From Chara braunii (Eukaryota; Plantae; Charophyceae), in contig BFEA01000040.1 in NCBI GenBank assembly GCA_003427395.1, positions 3,039,954 to 3,103,953 on the forward strand: a stretch of 64,000 nt of DNA. Direction: 5' to 3'. Every line of letters starts with the position of its first letter. Positions within the stretch are counted from its first letter, which is position 1. A program made the translations under genes and the position numbers. Below the pieces are notes generated by a model. That model had not been told where the DNA came from, did not search any database, and saw only the letters and a list, made by a program, of their open reading frames with translations. This document shows, piece by piece, positions 10,567-20,798 of this stretch.

Positions 10567-13268
10567 ATGACGTCGTTGCCTGAACGAGGTACAAATAGCG
10601 AAAGAAATGAGGAGGGAGCAGAAATATTTCTACACAAGACACCACGCCGAAGGATAAGGGTAACCAGTGAACCGAAAACTGGAGATGGTGCAAGTGAACC
10701 GCAAACATGCAAAAGTAATGAGAACAATCCGGGAGAAAATAAAGGAGTTGCACGCTCGGGAACGTGGAAAGGCAAAGGAGGCAGAACGGCTCGCAAGCAC
10801 ACGACCTCCAATCGCGGTCAAGTATTGGAAAAACAAGGAATATCAAAAAACAAAGTTCAAGGCTGTGTAGAGAAAGCATCGACGTCGAGAACTCAGGAAT
10901 CGAAACGTGTCAGGAATTTCACGGCAGCCAAGAAGATGGTACCGAAGTTCAATAAGACATTGACGGACGAGACAATACAAAGGATGTACCACAGACCTTT
11001 GCTGTCATTATCAGTAACTGCCAGGAATCTCATACCGTTGCCTATTGCTACCATTTCTCATTCACCAAGAAAATACAATCGAGGGATGTTAGAGAGTGAC
11101 AGTGAGAAAGAGACATTGCGAGATATGCGGCATGAAAAAAGATTAGCAACACACGATAAACAATTGGAGAGATTGAGAGAGAAAGTGAAAGGGACAGAAG
11201 AAAGAGAGGGATGGGCGACGGGGAAAGAAGTTATTGAAGAGGTCAATGTAGGAGAAGATGTCATGAAGTCTGTATTCTCACACAACTGCAAGAACACAAA
11301 TCAAAAGAATACAAACGACGGATGAGTGTCTGTAACACGTGAAGACCTCACTAGCACAGAGAAGTTCATGCACACAGTCAGAAAAGATGCAACACAGAAT
11401 GATGAAGCAGTGTCGAGGTTAGCGTCATCTGCAGTTGACAAGATCGGAGGAGACTCTGAAGTGAGAGTCAGCACAACAAGTCAACATATGATAACAGAAG
11501 AGCAAAATAAGGCAAAGACGAACCTCGATAGAGTGGAAACAAATGAACAGCCGACGTTGCCGGCTTCGAATCTTCTGGGAGGCTCGACTGACATTGCTGT
11601 AGATGACAAGTCAACAATTGCAAATATGGAGATATTGTCAGAACACGAAGGAAAGACATCAGGGGGAAGTAACCCAGAGAGGCCGCAAGAGTGTGAAGGT
11701 CATATGATAGCAGAAGAGCGAAATGAGGCAAAGACGAACCTCAATGGAGTGGAAACAAATGAACAGCCGATGTTGATGGTGGAATGTGAACTGCGAACGA
11801 GAATTGAAGTCGACCATGGAGAGACAAATTGTGTAAGACTTGCTCTACAACCGGCTTCGAATCTTCCGGGAGGCTCGACTGACGTTGCTGTGGAGGACAA
11901 GACAACAGTTGAGAAGATGGAGATATTGCCAGAACACGAAGGAAAGACATTAGGGGGAAGTAACCCAGAGAGGCCGCAAGAGTTTGAAGATCATATGATA
12001 ACAGAAGAGCGAAATGAGGCAAAGACGAACCTCGATGGAGTGAAAACAAAGGAACAACCGACGTTGATGGTGGAATGTGAACTGCGTACGAGAATTGAAG
12101 TCGACCATGGTGAGACAGATTGTGCAAGACTTGCTGTACAACCGGCTTCGAATCTTCTGGGAGGCTCGGATGATATTGCTATGGAGGACAAGACAACAGT
12201 TGAGAAGATGAAGATATTGCCAGAACACGAAGGAAAGACATCGGGGGGAAGTAACCCAGAGAGGCCGCAAGAGAAGGATGAAGGAACCGGAGTTGTAGTG
12301 TATTTGGATGTAGATACAGAGGAGGGCGAGGAAACACAATCTATGGAGCAGAAGGTGGTGGCAGCAACTATTGATATAGTTCATGAATTTTTTCCATTCA
12401 CATGGAACCCCCTGAACAATGAATCATTCACATTAAGAGTACAAGATCTCCAATGTCTGGGAGCGGGCAAGTGGTTGACGACAAATATCGTTGACTTTTA
12501 CTACCATTACGTATATGACTCACTCACACGTAAGGCTGTTGACCTCTCACACGTTAAACTGTTGCCTGCTCTATAGTACAACGGAATCCAGGGGCTCACA
12601 AGGACGCGAGTTTGGGCAGCCCTCCTGATCTGGAGACGGTAACACGAAGTTCAAAGTCGAAGGCGAAAAGCATGAGGAGTTTGTGGAAAAATCAAGTAGT
12701 TATTGTTCCTCTGCTAAGCAATCACCATTTTACTATTCTCGTGCTGAACAACATAGGACGCATGCTACAACATCCACATCTCGACCAATCAAGAGGCTGC
12801 GCCATTTTCCACCTAAACTCAAAGAAACGATTGGGCAATCCTCCGTTTCAACCTTTGTTAGCCTATTTCTTTTACGAGCACATGGCATTACGGTATTCAG
12901 CTGATGTTGAAGTTATGACCTCGACCATTGAATCGATATGGAAAGCATTGATGCAAGGTGTATCTTTCATCGACGAGATTGATTGCCAGCAACAACGGAA
13001 CTCAAACGATTACGGTGTATTCGCCACGAGGAATGTTGAGAGCATTCTTATGTGCATCGCAAACGACGAAGACTTCGAGTTCACGAAAGACACAAGGACG
13101 AAGGCTTGCGAACGTTTGTCGTCAAGAAAGCCTTGTGAGCAACGATACATAATGATCAAGGCTTTGGCGGAGTCACACCCCGCGCTATGCGGAACACAGA
13201 CAACAAATGACAAGTACGTTATTTTCAAGAAGTTAGCATCAAGCAGGAGGAAGACATCGACAAAATGA
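10567..13268 (+). pseudogene. Ulp1/SENP-like (peptidase C48) SUMO protease with long disordered repeat N-terminus
   Basis: LRVQDLQCLGAGKWLTTNIVDFYY; VIVPLLSNHHFTILVL (catalytic His); IFHLNS (Asp site, here Asn); CQQQRNSNDYGVF (QxNxxDCG, Cys here Tyr). In-frame TGA at 11323 and TAG at 12574, plus a frameshift at ~12600. Confidence 0.85.
11485..12273 (+). repeat. Coding tandem repeat, 3 copies (216, 291 and ~282 bp; 72/97-aa units)
   Basis: HMI(T/A)EE..AKTNL..PASNL.GGS.D.A..DK.T...MEIL.EHEGKT.GGSNPERPQE starts at 11485, 11701 and 11992. Confidence 0.95.
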
Positions 13269-13765
13269 TGAAGCACGCACTGGAAGAGGTGAGCTAAGAT
13301 ATGGACGTGCGGCGACTCGTAGATTTCGTTAGTTGAAACATAAAACAAGTACGCAAATGATGATAAAGACAAGATAAGGTAGGTGAAATTTTTAACATAA
13401 GTCCACAAATTTATCATTGCATATGTAATGTGAAAATACGTGTTTTTTGTTCACGAAAAGCAGGGTCGAGATAAAGCCCCACTGCTGAGATGAAATTTCA
13501 CTAATGACAATTTTTTCATGTCCTATGTTACGTGTCTTCTTCCTCTTCACAGAATCGGTGAGCGATATAGACGAAGTACTTGCCACCAATGGACAACCAC
13601 ACATTACGACCTCGTCGAGGGCCTGATGTTAAAGGGACATCGACGCAACGAAGGCTCTGCGTTCGCGAAGAAGGGTTGTCATGAAAGCAGACGAATGTCG
13701 GTGCACGTCTCGTACAGGAACGAAACAAAGTTCGAGATATAACACGACATAGAACATCTGAAGAA

Positions 13766-15345
13766 GTGAAGAGTGTACGAACAAGAACGGAGCGTTGGAG
13801 GACAAATTTGGTCGAAATGCACCGCGAAGCGAGCAAACGAAAATTGCAGATGGAAAAAACAGAGAAGCGAGATAACGACATTGACATCCGACGCAGGGAA
13901 GAGTCTTCAAAGTGTACTCCGAAGTCGAAGACAGTACACAGGAAAACGCTGGTCGGAGCAACCCCTCTTGCTCCAAGTAAGTACGTCATGGAAAAGAAAC
14001 GGGAGCACAACAAGGGTGAAGCGACTGTTGTGGACAGTGCAGAAGTAGGAGGAAGCGGTGAGGATATCGAAGGCAGCATGCGTTGTGGTCGGCAGGCTGG
14101 CGAGAGCAGTGGAGGTAAACATATTGGAGGTCGCGACATTCAGCACAAGCAATGGCATGTGGAACGAGAATGTCGACAACCATCATTGACAGAGTGCGAA
14201 GACGAGCAGCTGGAGCAAAAAGAAGCAAATACGGAAGAGGACGAGAACAACAGAGACAACGACAATTTTGGTGAACGTGAATCGAATGAAGACGAGGATG
14301 ATGATAATGAAGACGGTCGTGAAGAGGATGACGAGAACGACGCACACTTCACAAACGAGAAAGCAATAGGTAAAACATTGTGTGAAATCCTGTAAAGTTG
14401 TTTGTGGCATTAAAAAAATGTGGAAGAAAAAGACAACAACATTGAAAACAATTCTCTTGTTTGCATTCTCGCTTATGATTTGCACGTGCTTAATGAACAT
14501 ATAAAAGTAACCAGCATAATAATTGTGTTTTCCGTTTTTTTGTTTTGTTCTGTCTCTGTGTGCTCGTCCTCTTTGTTTGTGCAGTTATGCGAGGACGCGA
14601 AAAACGGGATGCGTCGGAGAAAAACAACCTGAACAACCGCATTAGTGACAACATCCACACGTTATACGCGCACTCCAAAATAGTGAAGCAATTGATGCGT
14701 TGCGTAGCGAAGGACTTTTGTTTATCCCGAGCCAAGGATGCAGAGATGTATCCGTCAGTCGACACGTATCTCGAATCCTTCAGGGGTCTCACCGAATCTC
14801 TGGACCCGGACACACGATTCATCGTAGATCAGTCGATGAAGAGCACAACACCGACAACACTTCGCACACTCGGATCAAGGGAGCTGACGAACATCAGAGG
14901 AGAGATCGCTTACGACATTGTNCGGGCTTTTTGGAGCGCCGNGGGGCTNCCTTATCCATGCGGAACTGTAAGAGATCGTTTTGAAAAGGAGCGAGAGGAG
15001 ATGAGGACGAAAATGCTCGAACAATCATCGTGGAGAGTGAAAGGCGAAGAGCCGTCGAGCGCAACAGAGTTTAAGAATGTCATGCGAGACGTTTTATACA
15101 GAGATTGNAATGAAGCAGGTCGAAATGGTTGCACTCTCCAACAACTCGCATTCGCTCATATGGTGTTAGAGTGTCACATCAGCAACAAAAGTCGACCCGC
15201 ACGCACGGCAGCAGCGAGCAAGGAAATGCGAAGAATAGAAGAAGCCATCGTGTCAACTTGCGAGACCTGTATCAGAAAAGTGACTATAAATGTGATCTCT
15301 CTCGATCGTGATAAGACCGTAGTGCAGAGTTCAAGGAATATATGA
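13766..15345 (+). pseudogene. Spliced unknown cargo gene (acidic exon plus globular exon), possibly the 3' part of the Ulp1 gene
   Basis: A GT-AG intron at 14370-14584 (ATAG|gtaaaa...tttgtgcag|TTATG) joins ORF 13766-14395 to ORF 14545-15345 in frame (EKAI-V-MRGREK). A further candidate intron lies at ~13379-13552. Confidence 0.6.
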
Positions 15346-15584
15346 GAACGACATTTTGCTGGCAGAAAGAATGCAAAAGATGAGGTCGTTCAAATGAAGA
15401 ATTATCATAGATTTTTCGAAATTTTTGCAGATAGTGACGAGGTGATTGCTGAGGAGAGGTCTTAGGACGTTTGTGATATTAGTATTTTGTTATTTCCGTA
15501 TAATACTTTGATTTCGCATACAGCAAGGTGGTGGTGAAGACGTCGTGGGAGTTGAATATGATATTGAGGATTATTGATTGATTG

Positions 15585-15685
<101 letters not shown>

Positions 15686-16371
15686 TTATGACGTCTGTGA
15701 CATTCGTACTTTGTACGTTTTGTACAGTACTTGGACTTCGTGTACGGCGAGATAAATGTCAAGAGGTCATTCCAGTTGAATATGATATCGTCAACTATTT
15801 AGACTCGGAGAGAGAGAGAGAGGTATGTAGAAAGAGGTAGGAAACAAACAAAGGAGACATAATCGCTGTGATGTGTGTTTGGTATGATGACATGATTTTG
15901 CAGACATGTGTTATAGGTGTGTTGTGTATTGCTATGCTAGTTGGGGTAAATGAACAACAAAGACGACTATGGAATGTCTCAAGCGTTATGCAATTTGCTT
16001 TTTTTTTTTTTTTTTTTTAAGTGGACAAAACACGTTCGTGGTCATGTTTAAAGTGCCTCAGTGTGGATTGAATGTAACAGGTACAATGAGAAGTGTGTGT
16101 CGGATTTCTATTTTGCCAAAGAAAATATTGATAATTGGGATATTTGCANNNNNNNNNNNNNNNNNNNNNNNNNNNNNNNNNNNNNNNNNNNNNNNNNNNN
16201 NNNNNNNNNNNNNNNNNNNNNNNNNNNNNNNNNNNNNNNNNNNNNNNNNNNNNNNNNNNNNNNNNNNNNNNNNNNNNNNNNNNNNNNNAAAAAAAAAAAA
16301 AAAGCAAGGATAAGTGTCGCGACGGATCTATATTGATTGTCACACTGAGAGTTCCAACTATTTTTAAACGA

Positions 16372-17076
16372 TTGGGCACCAGTTTCGCCCGCATGAAAAC
16401 GAGGGAGTGGAAGTGGGAGGACGTGTGGGCGAGGTTGCAGTCGATGGGCGTGACGAGGGATGCAGTCGACTGCGGGAAGAAATGGGACAACGTGATGCAG
16501 CAATTCAAGAAGATCCACAAGTTTCAGAACCTCTCCGGCGGGAAAGACTACTTCAAGCTCGCATCGAAGGCTAGGCGATCGGAGGGCTTCAGCTTCGTCA
16601 TGGACCGGAGCGTGTACGACGAAATTGAGGCCATGACGAAGGGGGATCACACGATCCACCCGAAAAATTTGGCGGACACTGGGGCGGCCGGTGGGGTTCA
16701 GATGCCGGCAGGCGCGGGTGCTGCAGGGGACACCGTGGCCACTGAGGGTGGAGGGGAGGCAGCCGACGAGGAGCAGGGGTCGACGAAAGACTCCACATTC
16801 AGCGCGGGGAGCGGCGGCGGTTATGGGAAGAGGAAGAACATGCGGCAACAAACCTTTGAGAGCGTCGCCGAGGTCATGGACAAGCATGATGCGCTTATGG
16901 CGAGCACAATGGACAACGCGAGCAAGCAGCAATGCTCGATGATGTTACGTAAGTGCGAAATCCTAGAGAGCGAAGTGGAAGTGTAAAGGAAACATTATGC
17001 TGCGGCGGATGAGGCGAACAGAATGATGTGCGACGCCCGTATGGAGATAGCAAAAGCCATCCGCGAGAGATCATGA
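16372..17076 (+). pseudogene. Trihelix / Myb-SANT-like DNA-binding protein, 5'-truncated with premature stop
   Basis: MKTREWKWEDVWARLQSMGVTRDAVDCGKKWDNVMQQFKKI matches the W..V...L...G..R....C..KW.N trihelix signature. Reading through TAA 16984 gives RKHYAAADEANRMMCDARMEIAKAIRERS* ending at 17076. Confidence 0.85.
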
Positions 17077-17156
17077 GTGATACTGCCAATTATGTCCACC
17101 GTTGCTTTAGTGGCCTGACTCTCCACTCGTTGCGCCTGCAGAGATGGCGACCTGTG

Positions 17157-17159
17157 TTT

Positions 17160-17218
<59 letters not shown>

Positions 17219-17281
17219 CGTGCGTGCGTGTGTGTGTGTGTGTGTGTATGTGTGTGTGCGTGTGTGTGCGTGTGTGTGTGT
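17157..17281. repeat. (TG)n/(TGCG)n microsatellite
   Basis: Direct inspection. Confidence 0.95.
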
Positions 17282-17934
17282 CGTCGCCAAATGCTCAGCA
17301 ATACCTTTTTTAGAATCTTTTTTTTTTTATAGTTGGTGTGCTGCATTCGCGGTCTCCACAGCGAGAGGTCCAAGTTGTTGAAGGGGTTATGTAGTTCTAG
17401 GATTGCGGTGGACGGGGGTTCCACCGTTCGTGTCCAAGAAATTGCGCGTCGGGGGGGTGGGGAGGGGTTGGGGGGGGTTGGGGTGTTTTAGGGGGGCGGG
17501 GGGTGGGTGTGTGTTTTTTTTTTTTTTTTTTTTTTAAAGAAAGCCATATTGGCCCGTAGAGAGTGTATGGACGTGCTTCTGCAGAGGCGTGGAAAGGTCT
17601 GTATGCGCCTCAGGGAGCTGGGCATGGCAACAGTTGAAGGGAGTGTGCGCGAAGGAGGTCTGCAGAGTTGCTGTAATACGTGTCGCTGCCGACGACAACG
17701 GCAGGCGAGGAATCGTCGTCGGGGCCCGTCCGTCTGCTCCATGCTTTCGATGCGTCGGCGCCTCCTCCACCATACAGGTCTTCCGCTTGTGGCCTCTCCA
17801 GCATTGAAGGTCGGCGCACACGGTGCACAGCGACGACATCCACGCGGGACACCCTCTGCCTTTTCTCCTCGTCGTCGCACCTCACAGCCACTACGAAGTC
17901 GCCGTTTTCTTTGCAGTCGTCAACATCTCGGATG

Positions 17935-18204
17935 TCTTCAATGTCGTCGTCGATCATCGTTGTGGATCTTGTCGCTCTCCTTCTCGCCGCGGATCCTTCT
18001 CGCCGTGGATCTGAATCGCCCCGTCGGAGGTCCGGCATCCTTTAGTCGCGAAGATCTTCTTCTCGCCGCGGAGCAGTGTCTGCAGGGTTCATCTCCTTCT
18101 CGTCTGGGACTTCTTCAGTGTCATTGTCGATCATCGCTGTGGATCTTCTCGCTCTCCTTCTCGACGCGGATCCTTCTCGCCACGGATCCTTCTCGCCGCG
18201 GATC
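17935..18204. repeat. ~177-bp imperfect duplication with TTCTCGCCGCGGATC sub-repeats
   Basis: CTTCA.TGTC.T.GTCGATCATCG.TGTGGATCTT.TCGCTCTCCTTCTCG.CGCGGATCCTTCTCGCC at ~17936 and ~18113. Confidence 0.8.
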
Positions 18205-20148
18205 GGTGTCGCCCCTTCGGAGGTCAGACGTCGCTTAGTCACAAAGAGTTTCTTCTCGCCGCGGAGAAGTGTCCGCACAGTTAATCTCCTTCTCGCGTTC
18301 GCGTCGACGTGGGGGTTGTGTGTGTGGCGAGGGCGAGGACGCATTGCTCCCCAGGGCGGCAAAGGCGCTTGTTCGTCGTCAATGCGAACACAGGCGTAGC
18401 GACAGACGACCATTGACGGAGGCGGTGTCGGCGCGAATACCCTTATAAGGGTATCCGCCCTGGTTTTTTACAAGTGGCAGAAAATAGGTTTGGTTTGAAA
18501 TTTGAGTACAATGCATGAGTTGCGGTTGTGTTTTTGTTCACGTTGAATGAATGGTTGACTATAAGCAAAGTGTGTGTGGGCGTGCAGTTTTGAGGCGCGC
18601 GTGATGATTTTTATTCTTGATGCTATAGAGTTGGCGTTTCCGTCGGCAAAATGTTTGGCTTTGATTAAAACTAGGAAGAGGTTTTCTTTTATTGAACCGA
18701 CCACAGTACATCTGCGTTCATACGGCGGGCGTCATTGGAAGTGGTGTTGCTTTGGGCAGTAATTGGGGTGTGCGAGAGAAAGTAGAACGCAAGCGGTGAC
18801 CTCCGCGCGGTAGATGCGGGAGGTTGACAGTCGAGGACGGAGCCAGGCCCTATGAGCCGCGGACGCCATAGGTTGACAGTCGTGAGTTTGGTGCGTAGGC
18901 GAAGGAATGGCCTTGACGTATTTTGATAGGCCCGCGCGCTGTGTGGCAACAGTTTATATTGAATTTTGCAGTGGTTCATCTCAGCCTTGGGTACTCGCAC
19001 TATTGGTAACGACATTGGACTTTCAACGCGATGGTACAAGGATTGAAGGCAGTGAACGGCGGCGATGGAACATCGCAGCGGCTGAAGATGCCGAGGGGTT
19101 GAGGGCCCGGCGGGGCTATCCCCCTTGGTTTTGTTGCCGGCCCATCCGTAGGCCCGGTTGGAGGAACTGAGAGTAGTATTGACAGTCTCTCTTCCCCAAA
19201 GCACCGGTTCCCGATGCTTATGTTTTTATTTTTACTCTTAATTTTTTTATTTTTTTTTTAATTATCAGTCTTGTTTCTGGGACGTGGCACCAACATCGGT
19301 ACTAAGGTTGTTTGCAGGGTATCGCCCAGCGTGGGCTGAAGGGGCCAGCGGTTGCAATCTCCGCGAAGTGGCCGTCACCACAGTCGACGACCTTGACCAC
19401 ACGCCTCTTTCGGCGGACCCATTTGGGTTCCGGCGTGTTCTGAATGCTGGCAAAATTCCTTTATCCTACCCATGTTGAAGCACAGGCCAAGGAGTCAGCA
19501 GCTATGCCAACCAATGAGTGTGTAGCCAACGAGGCAGAAGAAACCGAGTGGCGGGAACCTCCTGCGGGTCCACCATCCGCCAACCATGATCTGCTGCAGG
19601 GGAGCTGTCCGCCACTCGCGATCTGCAGTGAGAGGTTCGTAGAGTTCTTACCTAACTTGTGGATGGACCAGCAATGACCAATTCACCATTGATGCAGACA
19701 CCCAGGGCTTTGTCCCACTTGAAAAGGTACACTGGTATGACCTGAACCACGCACAACACCTTGAATCGGTCGGTCCCAAAATCAGCATATTTTGCAGATT
19801 TTTGGGGCCGCAGTGTGATCAGTCCCATTGGGACCCGAAGAAAGGAGAGTTGTGCTCTGGGCACAGCAGGTAAGGGTGGTGGCTGCAGCAGCACTGACTG
19901 TGTCCAGTTGCGCATTTGGAACCCTTCTCTAGTTCAGTCTTCAAAGCCCTCACTTGAAGGGTTGTTACCACCCCCAAGATCTGCACAAGGAACAGCTAGC
20001 CGAGCATGACCGGTACACCCCCGAGCTGCTGATATACGGGTTCAAGCTCGAACCAGGAAGCTTTTGAGTGGGGAAGGTGAAAACCACTCAGGTTTGCTTA
20101 GGCCCAGTCGGCTCACTGGAGGTGTCCTAGTGCCATTTTCCTGCCTGT

Positions 20149-20164
20149 GTCCTTCGGGACGTCC

Positions 20165-20198
<34 letters not shown>

Positions 20199-20235
20199 GG
20201 CCCCTGCACAAGAAATGACATGCATAAATTGAGAA
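20149..20235 (+). pseudogene. U6: U6 snRNA-derived copy, 3'-truncated
   Basis: GTCCTTCGGGAC..AAAATTGGAACGATACAGAGAAGATTAGCATGGCCCCTGCACAAG..TGACATGCATAAATTGAGAA matches plant U6, including the ACAGAGA box and AGC triad. It shows CpG>TpG/CpA changes and lacks the 3' end with its oligo-U. Confidence 0.92.
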
Positions 20236-20304
20236 GAGTTGGCACGTCCCCTCACTTTCTCTTTATTTTTCCTACGAGGTTTGCGGTCCGACCAACCGCA
20301 GTTA

Positions 20305-20798
20305 GGGCCTCGTTCCACTACCCTAGACTTGAAAATATCTCAAGGGCAGCCCTACAGGCGCCCTTGAGCGAAAACGTAATTAAAAAATACTAGAGTGCGT
20401 CTTCGTTCCACTGCACCCTGCAGTTCCCGCTCGCACAAGGAGCGGGAAAAAGTGCGGCCCGGTTCGTTACAATATTTTCACCACCAGGCCCGTCGCTGGA
20501 CCAGGACCACCGCGGTTCGCAAAAAAAAAAAAAAAAAAAGGACCAGACGAGGGGGCTGAACTGTCGTTCGGCGCGCGTTGCCGGCTTTTCCAAGAATTTT
20601 CAAGCCACCTCTGGGAGGTGACTTGAAAATTGGCCCAATTTGCCTCGGCGCCCTACGGCCGCCCTCGAGTCTAAGAGCGGGATTTTCTTCAGGCGGGAAG
20701 CTTAATCACTTTCCATTGTGATTAGCAGATCTCAAGGGCCTAGTGGAACGGCGTCGCCCTTGAGATATTTTCAAGTCGAGGGTAGTGGAACGAGGCCC
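20305..20798. mobile_element. PIF/Harbinger (Tourist-like) MITE, 494 bp
   Basis: 43-bp TIR GGGCCTCGTTCCACTACCCT(A/C)GACTTGAAAATATCTCAAGGGC with 1 mismatch; TTA TSD at 20302-20304 and 20799-20801. Confidence 0.93.

Noticed and set aside
17488-18413. Harbinger transposase in the GC-rich ORFs next to the trihelix gene
   Set aside because: No DDE_Tnp_4-type motifs were recognised, and the overlapping ORFs are explained by GC content and repeats.
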